Assembly (NCBI GenBank): GCA_002189035.1
Contig: NEEC01000002.1
Location: 2,976,001-3,040,000, forward strand
DNA length: 64,000 bases
Direction: 5' to 3'
Source: Utricularia gibba
Lineage: Eukaryota > Plantae > Magnoliophyta
Below the pieces are notes generated by a model. That model ran no database searches and was not told the DNA's origin. It saw only the letters and a list, made by a program, of their open reading frames with translations. Made by a program: the position numbers and the translations under genes. Shown piece after piece: positions 23,967-36,455 of this stretch; within the stretch, counting starts at the first letter, position 1, and the number at the start of each line of letters is the position of its first letter.

Positions 23967-26784
23967 TCCCCCCCCCCCCTCCTTTTTTTTTTACACAAGC
24001 ATAAGCGTTCTCGGAAGCCTTTAGCCTTGTGTTTTATCCACCCTGTTGTTAAGCTGAGGAGATGAGGCGTGGTAGCTGGCACCGAGTGTCCCAAGGATGT
24101 TCAGTCGACATCGAATCTGGGGGTTAATCTTGATTGATGGAGGAGTTGGTTGGTAACAATGTATGGGGCTCAATTTCATGTGAGATTTGATATGAAGAAT
24201 GAGCTCCAGCCGTAATCATGGATTTGAGGTTGAGGCTAACTGGTAACTAGTAAGAATGATCACTAGATTCCTAATGTAACAGAGTGTATTAGAAAAGTAA
24301 CGAATATGTATAACATTTTTATGTTAATGTGTGAGATAAAAAAAAACAGTAATCACGTTTTTAAATAATTTTTAATAAATGACATTTTGGAATATAAAAT
24401 TATTATTAATTGTCGTCAAAGTCCATATTAAATGTAATTTCATAAACTTAATCTTCAATATGTACAGATTGTAAAATATTAAATGATAACAATTTTGAGA
24501 GAACGGAACCCAAAAGATTGAAATAATAAAAGTTGCATTCTTATTGCATTTATATTTTTTTACAACTCATATTTATTATAAAAACTCAATTAAAATACAT
24601 TTTCAAATCCGATACGACCCATCATTGCAAATTGTAGAACCAAAATCATTACAACTGTGTTTTTGTTCCAAGTTTTTATTGAAATCATGAAGTGGATATT
24701 GTTATTGAGAATTAAGAAAACCAGGGTTGGGTTTGTTGCTAACGGGCTGACTGAAAGATAATTTATGGGCAGTAGGCCTAACTAAATATTAATGATTATT
24801 AATAGAACACAAACATATCTTATTAATTTATTTTATGTTTTAATGATAAGATAATTTATAATAATTTCATCCATTATATATACTTTCAAATAGATTGGTA
24901 ACAATTGACATAAGACACATGAAAAAGATTATTCAAATCTCTACTATCGTTTTAAATTTTGTGGATAGTCGACATCTTTTTGAAGTTTTATCATAATCAT
25001 TTGTAGAAAATGACATTTTTGTTTGGAATCGTCGATGTTTGTAATGAAATGGCTTGCTCTAAGATAAAATTGTACAATCACGTGGAGTTGATCTATTATG
25101 CATTTGCAACAAGCATTCAAGAAAATTAAATCATGCTCATATATACCCTAAATGCTAAATTCTATGAATATATCATGTGTTATAGGTTACCTATGCTTGT
25201 AGCAATATAAGAAATAGCATATGACCATAGGTTATACATAACCATTGCCAATAACTTAGTTGGTCATTTTGTACTTTTGAAATCTGTTGGTTTGAGGTTT
25301 CATTCGTATTATTAATATTTATTCATTTGAAATTTGTGTACAACATCAAGCCATCAATTTTTATACGTCTTTTTAGGGTTTTGAACATGTGAACTAATTT
25401 TTTTATATGTAAATTATTTTATAACGTATTAAACAGATGTTACTTTTTAATAATTTACAACTATCATATTAGTATAGTAGCACATTACGTATTTTCATAG
25501 TATTGTATCAACCCCGATGTAGGTAGATTATGTATACGGGTGCAGGTTATGTACTTTGTGTTGTGTAGAACACCAGCGTCAGTTATGTATAAATCGCAAT
25601 TGTGTACTATTTTGATAGCCACTCAAAAACCATTTATATATATGTAGTATTCATATATTTTAAAAAATATTTGTAAGGTATATATGGGCATCATTTATGT
25701 GTGAAACATATTCTTATATCTAAAAAATTCCAAAATATATATAGATATCATTTATGTATGATCGATATTCAATGGAAATTTATCAAAATTCATATTAATT
25801 ATATGATTGAATTCGTTTTTTAATCTATTACACTAAATAATTTATATATACATATGGTTTTTTAATATTTTAATTAATGAAATTTTGAATTAAATTTTAA
25901 AAATATGTTTTAAAGTTTATATTTGAATAATATATGAATTATGTAGTAAATATGATTGCGATATACATTAAAAATAAAATTATTTAATAAATAATAGAGA
26001 TGAAATAGGGATATTTTATCAACTTGTATAAAACAGAGATACTCTGTAATTTTTTTTTACAGCGAATTATTTTACTAATTTACTAAATTATTTTGGGGAG
26101 CTTCCAATAACCACAATGACATCGTTTTCAATCACGATATAGAAATATTTGAATCCCTATTCCATCGGGATGTGTTATTTATTCACTTTCGTATTGCGTA
26201 AAATTGATTTTCATCCCCTCCCCATTCTTGAAAGACCAGATCTTCGCTAAAATTAGTGTCGAGCAAGCGGGCGGGTTGCCGGAAACCAAGCCCGCCATCG
26301 AGATCCGGATCCGGATGGGATCTGCTCCTATCAGCGGCTTCTGAAACCTCTCACAAGTCACACACCTCGGGTCAGAGTTTAAAGTTGCTTCTGGAAAATA
26401 AAACAGTCAGAAGTCCACCAAAAATGAAACAAAAACATGCCAATCTGTTTGTCTCCTGAATAAGCGTCGCCCGTCGAACATATCCCATCAAACCCGGGTT
26501 GCCGGAAATTCACACCGTTGTTTTCGATTTCGCACGGTGGGTGGGTTGGCGATTTTTCCTTTTTTTTTTTTTTTTTGGAATACACACCGATAACTGAAGT
26601 TGGGTCTGGAGTTTAAGCGATTTACCACATTAGACACTTCAATATCGGCAACTCGAAATACCAGACCCCTGCGTGCACATCTTCGTGCCCTTTTTCTGGA
26701 GAACATTCCTTGTTTCGCGTGTTAGTGCATTGAGGTGTCTTTGAGTTTATAAAGTCTACAGGCTAATTTTATAGATATTAATTA

Positions 26785-27333
26785 CTATTGGGATTCCAAA
26801 TGGCCCGCCATCTCACTGGATCTGGAATACGGACCGCCCGGTGCAAAACCCATATCCGAGTGATCGAACAGCCCATCCAGCGCCACGTACTCGTCATCGC
26901 CATCATCGGTTTCCCCAAAACCCAACCCGAACCCGTACCCGTACGAATCATCATACGTCGGGACCTCCCAAAACTCGCCGACCTCCTCCGCCTCATTCGA
27001 CGACTGTTCGTGACCTCCCTCAAACTCGGTCGGCGAACACCCGGCCGTCGGCGGCAGTCCGAGCTCATCGTCCGTCGCCTCCAACAAAAAACACAGATCC
27101 GTTCTCGATTCTCCACAATCGGAGGAATCGGAAGCCAGATCTAGAGTCGGCTCCGCCGTCGTAATCTCCTCCTCGAAGCTTTTGATGAAGCAGCAGATCT
27201 CCTCCTCCGGAGGGGCGAACTCCGCCACCTCCTCATCGGAATCATCCAGAATATCCTCTTTCAACCGTTTGGTCGATATCTCATCCTCCTCCACGCCTTG
27301 GAAAACACGCTTATTGCCCTTGGAATTCTCCAT
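26785..27333 (-). CDS. Uncharacterised acidic plant protein (182 aa; KRLxEDILDDSD / FEEEI / LLEATDDELGLPP family)
   Basis: Single GC-rich ORF. The likely start MENSKGNKR at 27333 lies ~70 nt downstream of TATAAAT (27408-27402), so the longer ORF-track start is upstream of the TATA box. Motifs resemble my recollection of Arabidopsis At1g13360/At3g25870 (unverified). Confidence 0.88.
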   Translation of the reverse strand: MENSKGNKRVFQGVEEDEISTKRLKEDILDDSDEEVAEFAPPEEEICCFIKSFEEEITTAEPTLDLASDSSDCGESRTDLCFLLEATDDELGLPPTAGCSPTEFEGGHEQSSNEAEEVGEFWEVPTYDDSYGYGFGLGFGETDDGDDEYVALDGLFDHSDMGFAPGGPYSRSSEMAGHLESQ

Positions 27334-30300
27334 CAGAAACACAAGGACAAAAGAGAAGATAGCGGAGGAGCGTGTTGGATGGCCGCCGGCGGGGAAAGGG
27401 AATTTATAGTGGGGGGTGGAGAAAAATGGAAGTGATGTGGGAGAAAAGGAGGGCCGGTTCACGGATATCTTGTCAGATGAGGTTTTAGGTGACGTGTCTC
27501 TCCATCCCTGCCCCTCTCAGAATTCGGACTTTTTAATAATTTATTACTATTTAGTTTCATAGGAATATTTTAAATTTCCGGAATTAATCGGATTTAAATC
27601 AAGAGTTGGAGTCCGGTGTCAGCCGTGGGCCCACTCATGAGTTGGAGTAGGTTCTGTAGCTGTACTGGCGTGCCGCTTTGTTTTATTTATTTTACTTTTA
27701 TTTTTAATTATTTCCTAATTTTCCCCTCAAAAGTAACGCCCTTACTTAATTTCCCTTTCCCATCACGTGCCCATAGGATCCCCAACGAATTTTGAACCAA
27801 TTATTGGTGTATGTTTGTTTGATAATATTTTTGATAATCCATGTTACATGCTATATATTATAAGAAAAAAATTAGTTCAAGAAAAAATAACGAATACATT
27901 ATTTTATTTATAGATGTATCATATACTTTTTTTAGATAGTAATATCTAGAACTAATTACAATCAATATCTTATAGGTCATTTTAATTAAAATTATAGTGG
28001 ACGTATAGTCTTTTATTTTATTCAATAAATATTAAAAATATTTATTAATATCATGGGACAATAAAAACCAGCTCAATATACTGGCTTCTGGCTTGGTGCG
28101 CATCGGTTGGTTACCTTCCAGAAGAGTCGACTCACCGCCAAGGACGTGGATAGGGACGCGGCGGTAGTTAGTAGGGCACATTCTTGCAGCTCTATTTAGG
28201 TTGGTTGAATCGTGTAATTACCAAAATCTGTTCATATTGGAATCCTGATTCGTACTGTCAGATAACATATTCGACCTTATAGTAAATTAATGAAAGCGTC
28301 TCGTGGTGTTGTCGGATTCACGTACACTGGAGCCTTGTGCATCTGATAATGTGGATCCTCATCAATAAATATTTCAGAATTATTGTACTGCACGGAGTTT
28401 TTAATTGAGGGCCAGGGGGTCACGTCTACGGGGGGGATGTTTCTCCTATTTCAACACGGGTGGGGGTGTCGGAGCGGAGCGGATCGGATCCTTCACGATG
28501 CAACTAAAGGTTGAAGAGACCCTGCTTTTAATGATATTGATTTTGTCGGCTTGGAACACATTTTTAGCATGAATATCTATCTGCTTCCCAGATACGTGTC
28601 TGCGTTTTCAATTCCCACACATACAAAACACACCAACTTGGATGACAACTTGTGCCTAAGTCACGTGTCACTCGTGGCATTTGGGCGAGCCTACGGAGGA
28701 CATGATGATGGGTGCTCGGTGGACGCGTAGCCCTCTCCAAGGCCGTACACACTAACTGAAGCTGAGTTCTGTTTTCCAAGATACGCTTGGACCACCGGAT
28801 CCCAACCCGTAGACCGCACATGACATGGCTCAAAATAACATAAAATAAGATGTGGAGGAGTTATTTTGGGGATGAATTAGAAATCTTAATCATGCGTCAT
28901 ACATTGTATGAAAAAATTCAAGTTTGATTTTTTTCAATATGTATAATAAAGTGTACAAATGACCGTTTTTTTAAATAATTCATTATTTTATATTGTCATT
29001 CATGATGTTTTAAATTTGAAACAACTCCACCCCAGCTCGGCTTGGTCGTGTGTGTGGCATGAATCATCCAATTCAATTATTTTTAATGTCACTTCAATAC
29101 CCTGGTGTTTGGATTGGATTTGGATTGAGAGGAGAAGAAGAAGCTTTTGGTACAAAGAAAGGCATTTTTAATTAGCTTTCGGTGCACATATGAAGCGGTA
29201 GAGTGGGCCAAATTACCGCATCGGGACCGAGCTCTCCCACTTAATTCAACCCCAGCTGTAAAAGAGTGTTGAAACGGCTCTATATTTATGGTTTACGAAT
29301 CAACCATTGGATTGATCGCTTTTTTAACCTATGGTGGTGTTACTTCAAGTACGGGCATCGTGGTAGCCAACCAGTCAGTCCCACTGACACCACATACCAT
29401 GGCTGGGCCGCCCGATGCAGAGCAGTTCAAGTCAACAAGCATAAGCAACTTGGTTTAGAAAAACAATGCCCTTGGGGCTAGTGGTCGTCGCCAATGAGTC
29501 AGTCAACACGATCATGGAAAAATGCATATCCAATCAAAGACACCAAATTGAAATACTAAACTCTCTTACCAAACTTACAAACTTGGACTGGAAATACACC
29601 AAATCGGATTTCATTTTACTATATCCAAATCTAATAGAAAAGAGATAATCACATTTAAAGCATCAACTTGGTTAATAGAATTCAAATCCAAATTCAATTC
29701 AATTCATCCATCCAAATTTCATCTCTGCTTTCTGTATCATTATCAATACATAATTTTCAAGATATGTGTCCTCCTACCCTATAAAAAAACCAGCACAGAT
29801 CAATTATTCCACTAACTTTGAGTTGATTATTGAATTACCAACTGCTCCAGCATTAGCAGCGCTAGGGTTTAACCCCAGATGAAGCGATCCACAGATGATG
29901 ACCACCGACCGGGTTCATCTGGGCCGTGCGTGTCCAGATTTCAAAGACTGCGTGCGATACACGGGATGATTACCGATGTGATTGGTGGAAGTTGTCCGAG
30001 TACGCACCTACACCTGCAGCCACAAAAGAAACAATGGATTGGGTTATTTTTGTAACGCCAGATTTTGATAGCGGCCCGCCCCTTGGCGTGTTAGACCGAA
30101 AACTAAGAAATATACAATAAAGTAGTGCAATAAGAGGTGAAGGCGGTTTGTATGGACGGCACAGATTTGATTGAGGATGAATACCAAATAATGGTATTTT
30201 ATTGGGAGTGGAAGATCAGCTCAGCAGCACTAATGACGACGTCGTACGATATGGATGGATATTTTTGTGAAAAGATAAAAAAATATTGGGACCACTTTAG

Positions 30301-30869
30301 AATTGAGTGAAAGAAAGCCGGGGGACCACCGAGGGAGACGTCTTGCAGGGTTATTTTTTTATGGGGATACTTTGGTCATTTCCTCTTCCATTTTCATGAC
30401 GTGGTCCCCACTCTCCCGCACACCGGTTCCTCTTCCATCAGATTTAAAAGCTGGGGCCTGGTGTGGGCCCACTCAAAATATAATTTTTTGTCAATTGAGT
30501 GAAATTACAATGAATAAAATGGCATTTATTTTCTTAAAAGAAAAAAGATTCAAGTGACCGCCAAGTTTAGATTTAATAAATTCCATTTTTTTTTGGAACT
30601 AGGGATATTTTACAAAGAAAAGGCTTTAATCACATCATTTATGGAAATTACGGAGTCACCCTTCGCCAATTTTGACTCATCTCTGCACCACTCAATTCTT
30701 TGATTCTACCAAATTAGAATAAATTTAACTCATTCTGATCAAGAAAAAAAAGAATATATTTAACTTATAATTTAGTTTTTATATGAATTTTTTGATTTAG
30801 CTGTTGTATAACGAAAAAAAGGGTTTGATTTATTCACTATAAAGCTTTATATACTCTGTAAATGAAAAT

Positions 30870-31950
30870 GATTGTAATTTGAACCCTCCTCAGGAGTGGT
30901 GCCAAGCGCGCGCATCTTCACGTTTCACCCCACCTCAGAGTTCTTGGACGGTAACTCAAACGCCGGGAAACGCGTTGAAAGGGAGAGAAAGAGAAAAGCC
31001 GAGTTGGAGACTTGTCTTTATTCTCTTGTAGATAAAAATGTGGAATTTTTATAGCAAAAGCGATGTAGTAAACTGCATGGGGTTGCAATGTAAACTTCAT
31101 CATCAAATACTTACACATTTCTGAACAAGAACTTCTACATAAACTTATCCCAAACATAACCACCTAAAGTAATAAACTGTGCTTCTTCTTCCAAACCAGC
31201 AGCAACTTCCACCATGAGAGTTCAGGCTTGGCTTCCAACATCCTCTTCAGTCGAATAAATGCTGCAGTTTTTAATGGCTTTGCACAACTCAGCCTTCTTG
31301 GCATTCAGACACACCCCATGATAAAGTGAAATTTCGGGTTATGCTCGCTCGCTTCTCCAATGAAACACCGGATTCTCGCCCACAGCTGTTGCCAGCTCGT
31401 TGTCTTTACGAATTGGATCGATACAGAAAAAATGAAATTTTCCGGCCATGTCTCATCCAAATTCCATGACCAACACCCGCATTTGCTGCTACATATCCAG
31501 CTTTGAAAGTTGAAAGAGTGGCCATGTGCTGCTTCTTTGACCTCTATGCTACAGTAGATTCTCTTTGGAAAGAACACGATACCAGAAGTGCTACAAGAGT
31601 CATTCCTCCTTCCGCATAATCGCTATCACCATAGCCACTCAAATATGAAGTTTCAGGGATCCATACCACATGCCAATGTCTGTGGTTCCTTTCCAATAAT
31701 GCATAATCCGTTTAGCAGCTTTTAAATGTGTTGGGTGTTTTCGTGAACTAACTTAACAACAAAGAATATCTGGTCTTGTGCTTGTTAAACACAGCAAACT
31801 TCCCTCAAGACTCTTGAGCAAGGATGCATCTACAGGAGCTATAGAATCATCAGATCACAGTATTACTCCATACTTGATTCGACATACAAAGAGTATTCAT
31901 GTGGATGGCTCTCGCAACTAAAACCCTCATAGAGAAAACATAAATTGATT
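30870..31950 (-). mobile_element. Ty1/copia RT-RNase H relic with probable 3' LTR remnant
   Basis: THLKAAKRIMHYWKGTTDIGMWY (31670-31736), GYGDSDYA..STSG, and SKKQHMATLSTFKAGYVAA (31485-31542); frameshifted. LTR part (30870-31250) is inferred only. Confidence 0.75.
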
Positions 31951-32816
31951 CGATACTTCCACGCTAGTGGGATTTCTTTTAAACCCTAAAGAACCTTATT
32001 TTCATGTTCACACCCTCTTTTCAAAAAAAATCAGGAGGTTGTTGATAATTTTACTCACTGTAAACAATTCAGTTTTTACAAATCTATACATACCACCAAT
32101 AATCATTAAAACGTATCAAGTTTCTCTGTTTTTCAATTATAAAATTATTATATTTATGTATATTTCTATTATATCCTTGTCGCATAATATTTTATTTAAG
32201 TTAAATATATAATTTTACAATTTTTAAATATATAAAGTTATGAAAACATATTATTTTTACAACTAAAAAATTTCAAAAAAAAAATTAAAATAACATTAAT
32301 TATATATATAGTTTAAATTATGATAAATATAACTACCATACGTAAAAATAACAAAGTTATTCATTAATATAAATAAAATATAAGTATATGTTAAATAAGT
32401 TACCAATCATTTTTTATTGTGTACTCAAATTTAAAAATTGAATAGTATCCTTTATTTATTTATATTTTTGAAATTATTATTATTTTGTATTATTCAATTT
32501 ATTCTTGAAAGTACTATATAAAAGTCCTATTTTTTTAAATATGGATTTATGAGTAAAAAAATTCAAAATAACTCCTAAATTCATATATTGTAAATAATTA
32601 ACTAAAATTTTAAAAAATATACTTGTATCAAAGATAAGAATATTAAATTGATAATAAACAGGAGATTTTATTTATAACAGTATATTAAAGAATGTTTTTT
32701 GTTTCATATGTAAGTTAAAAAATTTATTTTACAATTTCATATATTTAAATATTTATCATTTCTTTTAATAATTTTTTTTCCTATTTGGATTCTATTTTAA
32801 GAGAATTGTAGTTCAT

Positions 32817-33029
32817 CTACAAATTCATAAAAGGAAAATTTTTCATCATTTCCAAATACTTTTCCATCTTTTCGTCTATCTCAATAGCACAAAGTTTCAC
32901 TTCAAAGTGTTTTGATATCATAGTTTTCTCTATTACTTTATATTCTAGATGCTCTTTATAGGTTATGATTTTGTTCATTAGCTGGGATGCTATGTGGTAG
33001 TATTGTTTGAAAGCCCCACTCTCTTCCAT
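32817..33029 (-). mobile_element. Probable copia gag (UBN2-like) relic
   Basis: EHLEYKVIEKTMISKHFEVKLCAIE resembles the VVEKILRSL..KFE..V.AIEE gag motif; weak. Confidence 0.4.
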
Positions 33030-33549
33030 TTCGTGTTTTTAGGATATAGGTTGTTGTGTTTGTGTTTATATTTTTTGATGCATTTTTGGGGCTTATGACA
33101 TGAGCTGATTGTATGACCTCTTCCTATTGATTAGAGATCACTTGACTGCAATTGCTTCGTTATGATATCAGAATTTTCTTTTTCTCTTTTTTTTTCTGTT
33201 GTGAGATTAATTTTGTGGGGATTCTTGTTGAGGTGTTAGATGATGACTGTTGAGGATGAATTTGAGGTAAGGCACATCAAAATCTTACAAACATGGAAGA
33301 GAAAGGGCATAGGTGAACAAAGAAGAAGAGAATTGAAAATGAACTATGTTTCATTGTCTTGAATCCTATTTTTCATATTTATTATTACAATATGTTGTTT
33401 TAAAATTTAATTATAAATTTTTTTGAAAGTAATGAATATTATATCTCTTGATGTTACTTGTGACATATAAGTAGTGTCTAGAATGGTTTGAGTGTTGCTT
33501 GTAAGAACCACTTGACATATAAGCAATGCCCATGAAGATATGAGTGTTA

Positions 33550-33715
33550 TTGAATACTTTTAATTAGTGCCAAACATTATTGTTAATTTTAAATAATTTT
33601 TAATTGAATAGTTTTAGTTAGCGTCAAACATTATTATTAATTTTAAATGATTTTGAATTCAATACTTTTAATTAGTGTCAAACATGATTGTTAATTTTAA
33701 ATGATTTTAAAATTG
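33550..33715. repeat. Tandem repeat, ~54-bp unit x3
   Basis: TTGAATACTTTTAATTAGTG(C/T)CAAACATTATTGTTAATTTTAAATGATTTT unit; CAAACA recurs at 33571, 33625 and 33679. Confidence 0.85.
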
Positions 33716-35579
33716 AAAATATGATTATGTTGCCTATTACTGCTAAATTTGATATTAATTTATAATATTACTCCGAAAATTGAATTCATTCGTATTTGAT
33801 TTATAAGTTCACACATAAGGATATTGATTGTTTATATAAAAAAAGAGACGTCCTTCCGAACATTATGTAATCTAAAAGAATAATTCAGTTTCAAGACAAC
33901 ACACACTAGAAACATCAACAAACACGAGTTACTTATAGCCATATATAATATTTACTAACAAATAAGTTTTAGAGTTCTTCACTCTTTGTCAATTGTGATT
34001 ATTTACCTAGCATTTAACTTACGAACTGTAATATGGATAGGACTAAAATTTCTTAATTACTTCTCAACGTGTACGTTATGAACATTTATTGGGCCAAATT
34101 ACCTAGTTCCCTTCACCACTCGTGAATCGCAAGATGCTAGAGAGTAAATTCATGATATCAAACATACCTTCCACAAGTAATTACTAAACCACTAACTATT
34201 ATATAGTTTCGCATTTGGCCTATAATGCCTGTTGATATTGAATAGTTTTTTGTTGGACTATGTTAGGGTTAAAATTATTTGTTTTTCAATTAAAATTATT
34301 GATATATTCAATGATCGGTCCACTCTAAGGATGTATTCTCCCTGTGAACATCATGGAAAAATAGTAATTTCAGTGAAATACATTGAAGTTGGCTTGAAAT
34401 TTTTTTTTAACCCATTTTTATTCCAATCACTCACTTATATGCATCTTCCACTTGTTGTTCCTACATCTAAACTTTACTTATAGTTCTCAATTTCTTGCAA
34501 TTTCATAATTAAGAAAGAATTGACCGTATTATAGTTTGTTTTCTTTGCATTGTACAACTTAAAAATGGCCATCCATCTAGTGATTGGTATTTTCAAACAT
34601 GAAGTCATAAGAAATTACTCTCTATAGCACCTAGGCTTTCGCTAAATAATACAAGTAGAACATCCTTATTATAACATCATGTTATGCTAATTGGATATTT
34701 CCATTGTCATACTCAAGAGCTAAAGCCATAAACAATGATCTTGTATTTAATTTGTTCTTTGATGAAAAATACAAGTATATAATGAGCTGTCTTCAACAAA
34801 AGAATTATCATTAGCAACAAATAAAAACATTCTTAATAACTCATGTGCTTAGAAATGTTGTAGGTAATATATGTTTTTTTATTAATATTTTTTGACAATA
34901 ATTATAGATACATGACATGCAAGATTCACATCATATTTGGAGAGTTTTGGAATGGAGTCAAGTGAAGGAGGAGGTAGAATGGGGAAATTAAGGATAGATA
35001 ATGCAAGAATAACAACTCGATGAAGAAGGTAAAATGAGGAGATAGAGGAAGAAATTAAGTAAGGGAGTACCATTCCACATATTTCAACATCTTATGAAAT
35101 AAAAAACGTACAAAGACTGGCACAAGAAAATGAAGGCATAGTTGAATATCTCAAGAATGCAAGAGAGTCGATACTAATCCTTAAGATGAAGTGCAAAACT
35201 ACATAAAAGAAGTAGAAAAATTGAACAATGAAGTGAGGATCAAAAGGTCAAAATAGAGATCTTCCAATACAACAAATAAAAGATTTCAAATGTACATGAA
35301 CAATGCTAATCATCTACTAAGGGAAAAGAGAATAGATTTTTATATATAAGACAACATTTGAAGGATTGAAAATGTTCCTTGAAACCATTTTAATTCCAAC
35401 AAGTAATTTATCTCAAAGAACATGCATCTCATTCTAGGAATTGAGAAAGTAGAAAGAAAGTATAAAAGTTGAGTAACCAACAACACCTGTTCCAGAGACA
35501 AATACTAAAAAACCCAGAGATGAAGTGGAGGCAACCGAGGAAGAACAGGTTGCTGAAGAAGAAGCTTTAATGGACAGAA

Positions 35580-36455
35580 ATGAGGGCAAAAGTAGGGAAG
35601 TTTGCGCAAGAAAAGGAGAAATTCCAGAGGCAAATGACGTGCAAGAGCATACCGTATTTTAAGCATCATGCAGATATGTTGAACACCAAATACTTGACTT
35701 TCATAGAAGAAATGCAAGCTGATCGGTACGGTGAGGTCAAGGGTGCAAAGGTAACACCCTATTGTCATATTGATCACGATATTCTGGTAGAATTAGGAAT
35801 TGTTGATAGAATTTCTTCTCTGTTTGAAGGCACAACATTTATGAATTTGTTTGAGATGAAATTTCCTGCTTACATTGAATTGTCTTACGAATTCGCTGCC
35901 ACCTTCGTGTATGAAATACCTGAAACTGTTCTAGACCCTGTTGCTATCCCTTTTAGGTTGATGGGTGTTGAATTTTCTTTTTCATTGGCTGAATGGAACG
36001 TAGCTCTAGGGGTTTGTTCAGAACATTATGTAGATTCTCATGAGTTTGCTGCATCCCTTTTTGATTATCCTAATGAATTTGATGCTGAGAAAATTTATGC
36101 GATTCTGATCGACCAGCATGCTATAGATTTAAGGCAAAAGGGACTAAGGCAGACTTGTTTGTTGATCCGGTTATGCGTTATGTTCATATCCTTGTTTGGA
36201 CGAATTGTAGGATTTAATTCCTTTTATAAGCATGAATTATTTGTCATGTGGTGTATTATGAACAAACGCTCTCTGAACCTAGGTGCTGTGATTGCTGAAC
36301 AGATGAATAAAGATTATAGACGCACAAAAATTCAACATTTGAGTTTTGGAAACATTATCACGCATCTTGCTCATACTTTATGTCCTAAAAAATTGACTAA
36401 ATTAGAATATTTCCATGTTGAAACTAGGACAGTACCTTTAGATGCATATTTCTGA
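35580..36455 (+). CDS. Athila env-like / ORF2 putative transposon protein (291 aa, C-terminal part probably frameshifted)
   Basis: HIDHDILVELGI..PAYIELSYEFAATF..FRLMGVEFSFSLAEWNVALG..ELFVMWCIM..LNLGAVIA..GNIITHLA motifs typical of Athila ORF2; lies upstream of an Athila LTR. Confidence 0.7.
   Translation: MRAKVGKFAQEKEKFQRQMTCKSIPYFKHHADMLNTKYLTFIEEMQADRYGEVKGAKVTPYCHIDHDILVELGIVDRISSLFEGTTFMNLFEMKFPAYIELSYEFAATFVYEIPETVLDPVAIPFRLMGVEFSFSLAEWNVALGVCSEHYVDSHEFAASLFDYPNEFDAEKIYAILIDQHAIDLRQKGLRQTCLLIRLCVMFISLFGRIVGFNSFYKHELFVMWCIMNKRSLNLGAVIAEQMNKDYRRTKIQHLSFGNIITHLAHTLCPKKLTKLEYFHVETRTVPLDAYF

Noticed and set aside
26270-26510. GGGTTGCCGGAAA repeated twice ~220 bp apart downstream of the acidic-protein gene
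   Set aside because: Two 13-mers with no further structure, which is insufficient to call an element.
27334-27462. Longer 225-aa version of the acidic protein from the ORF track
   Set aside because: Its start lies upstream of the TATA box and the added residues look like UTR; the ATG at 27333 is preferred.
33550-33715. CRISPR-like or satellite array
   Set aside because: A eukaryotic AT-rich tandem repeat with no unique spacers and only three units.
34600-35420. Purine-rich stretch possibly from an endogenous caulimovirid or another retroelement
   Set aside because: No recognisable movement, coat, RT or gag motif in any frame I could read.
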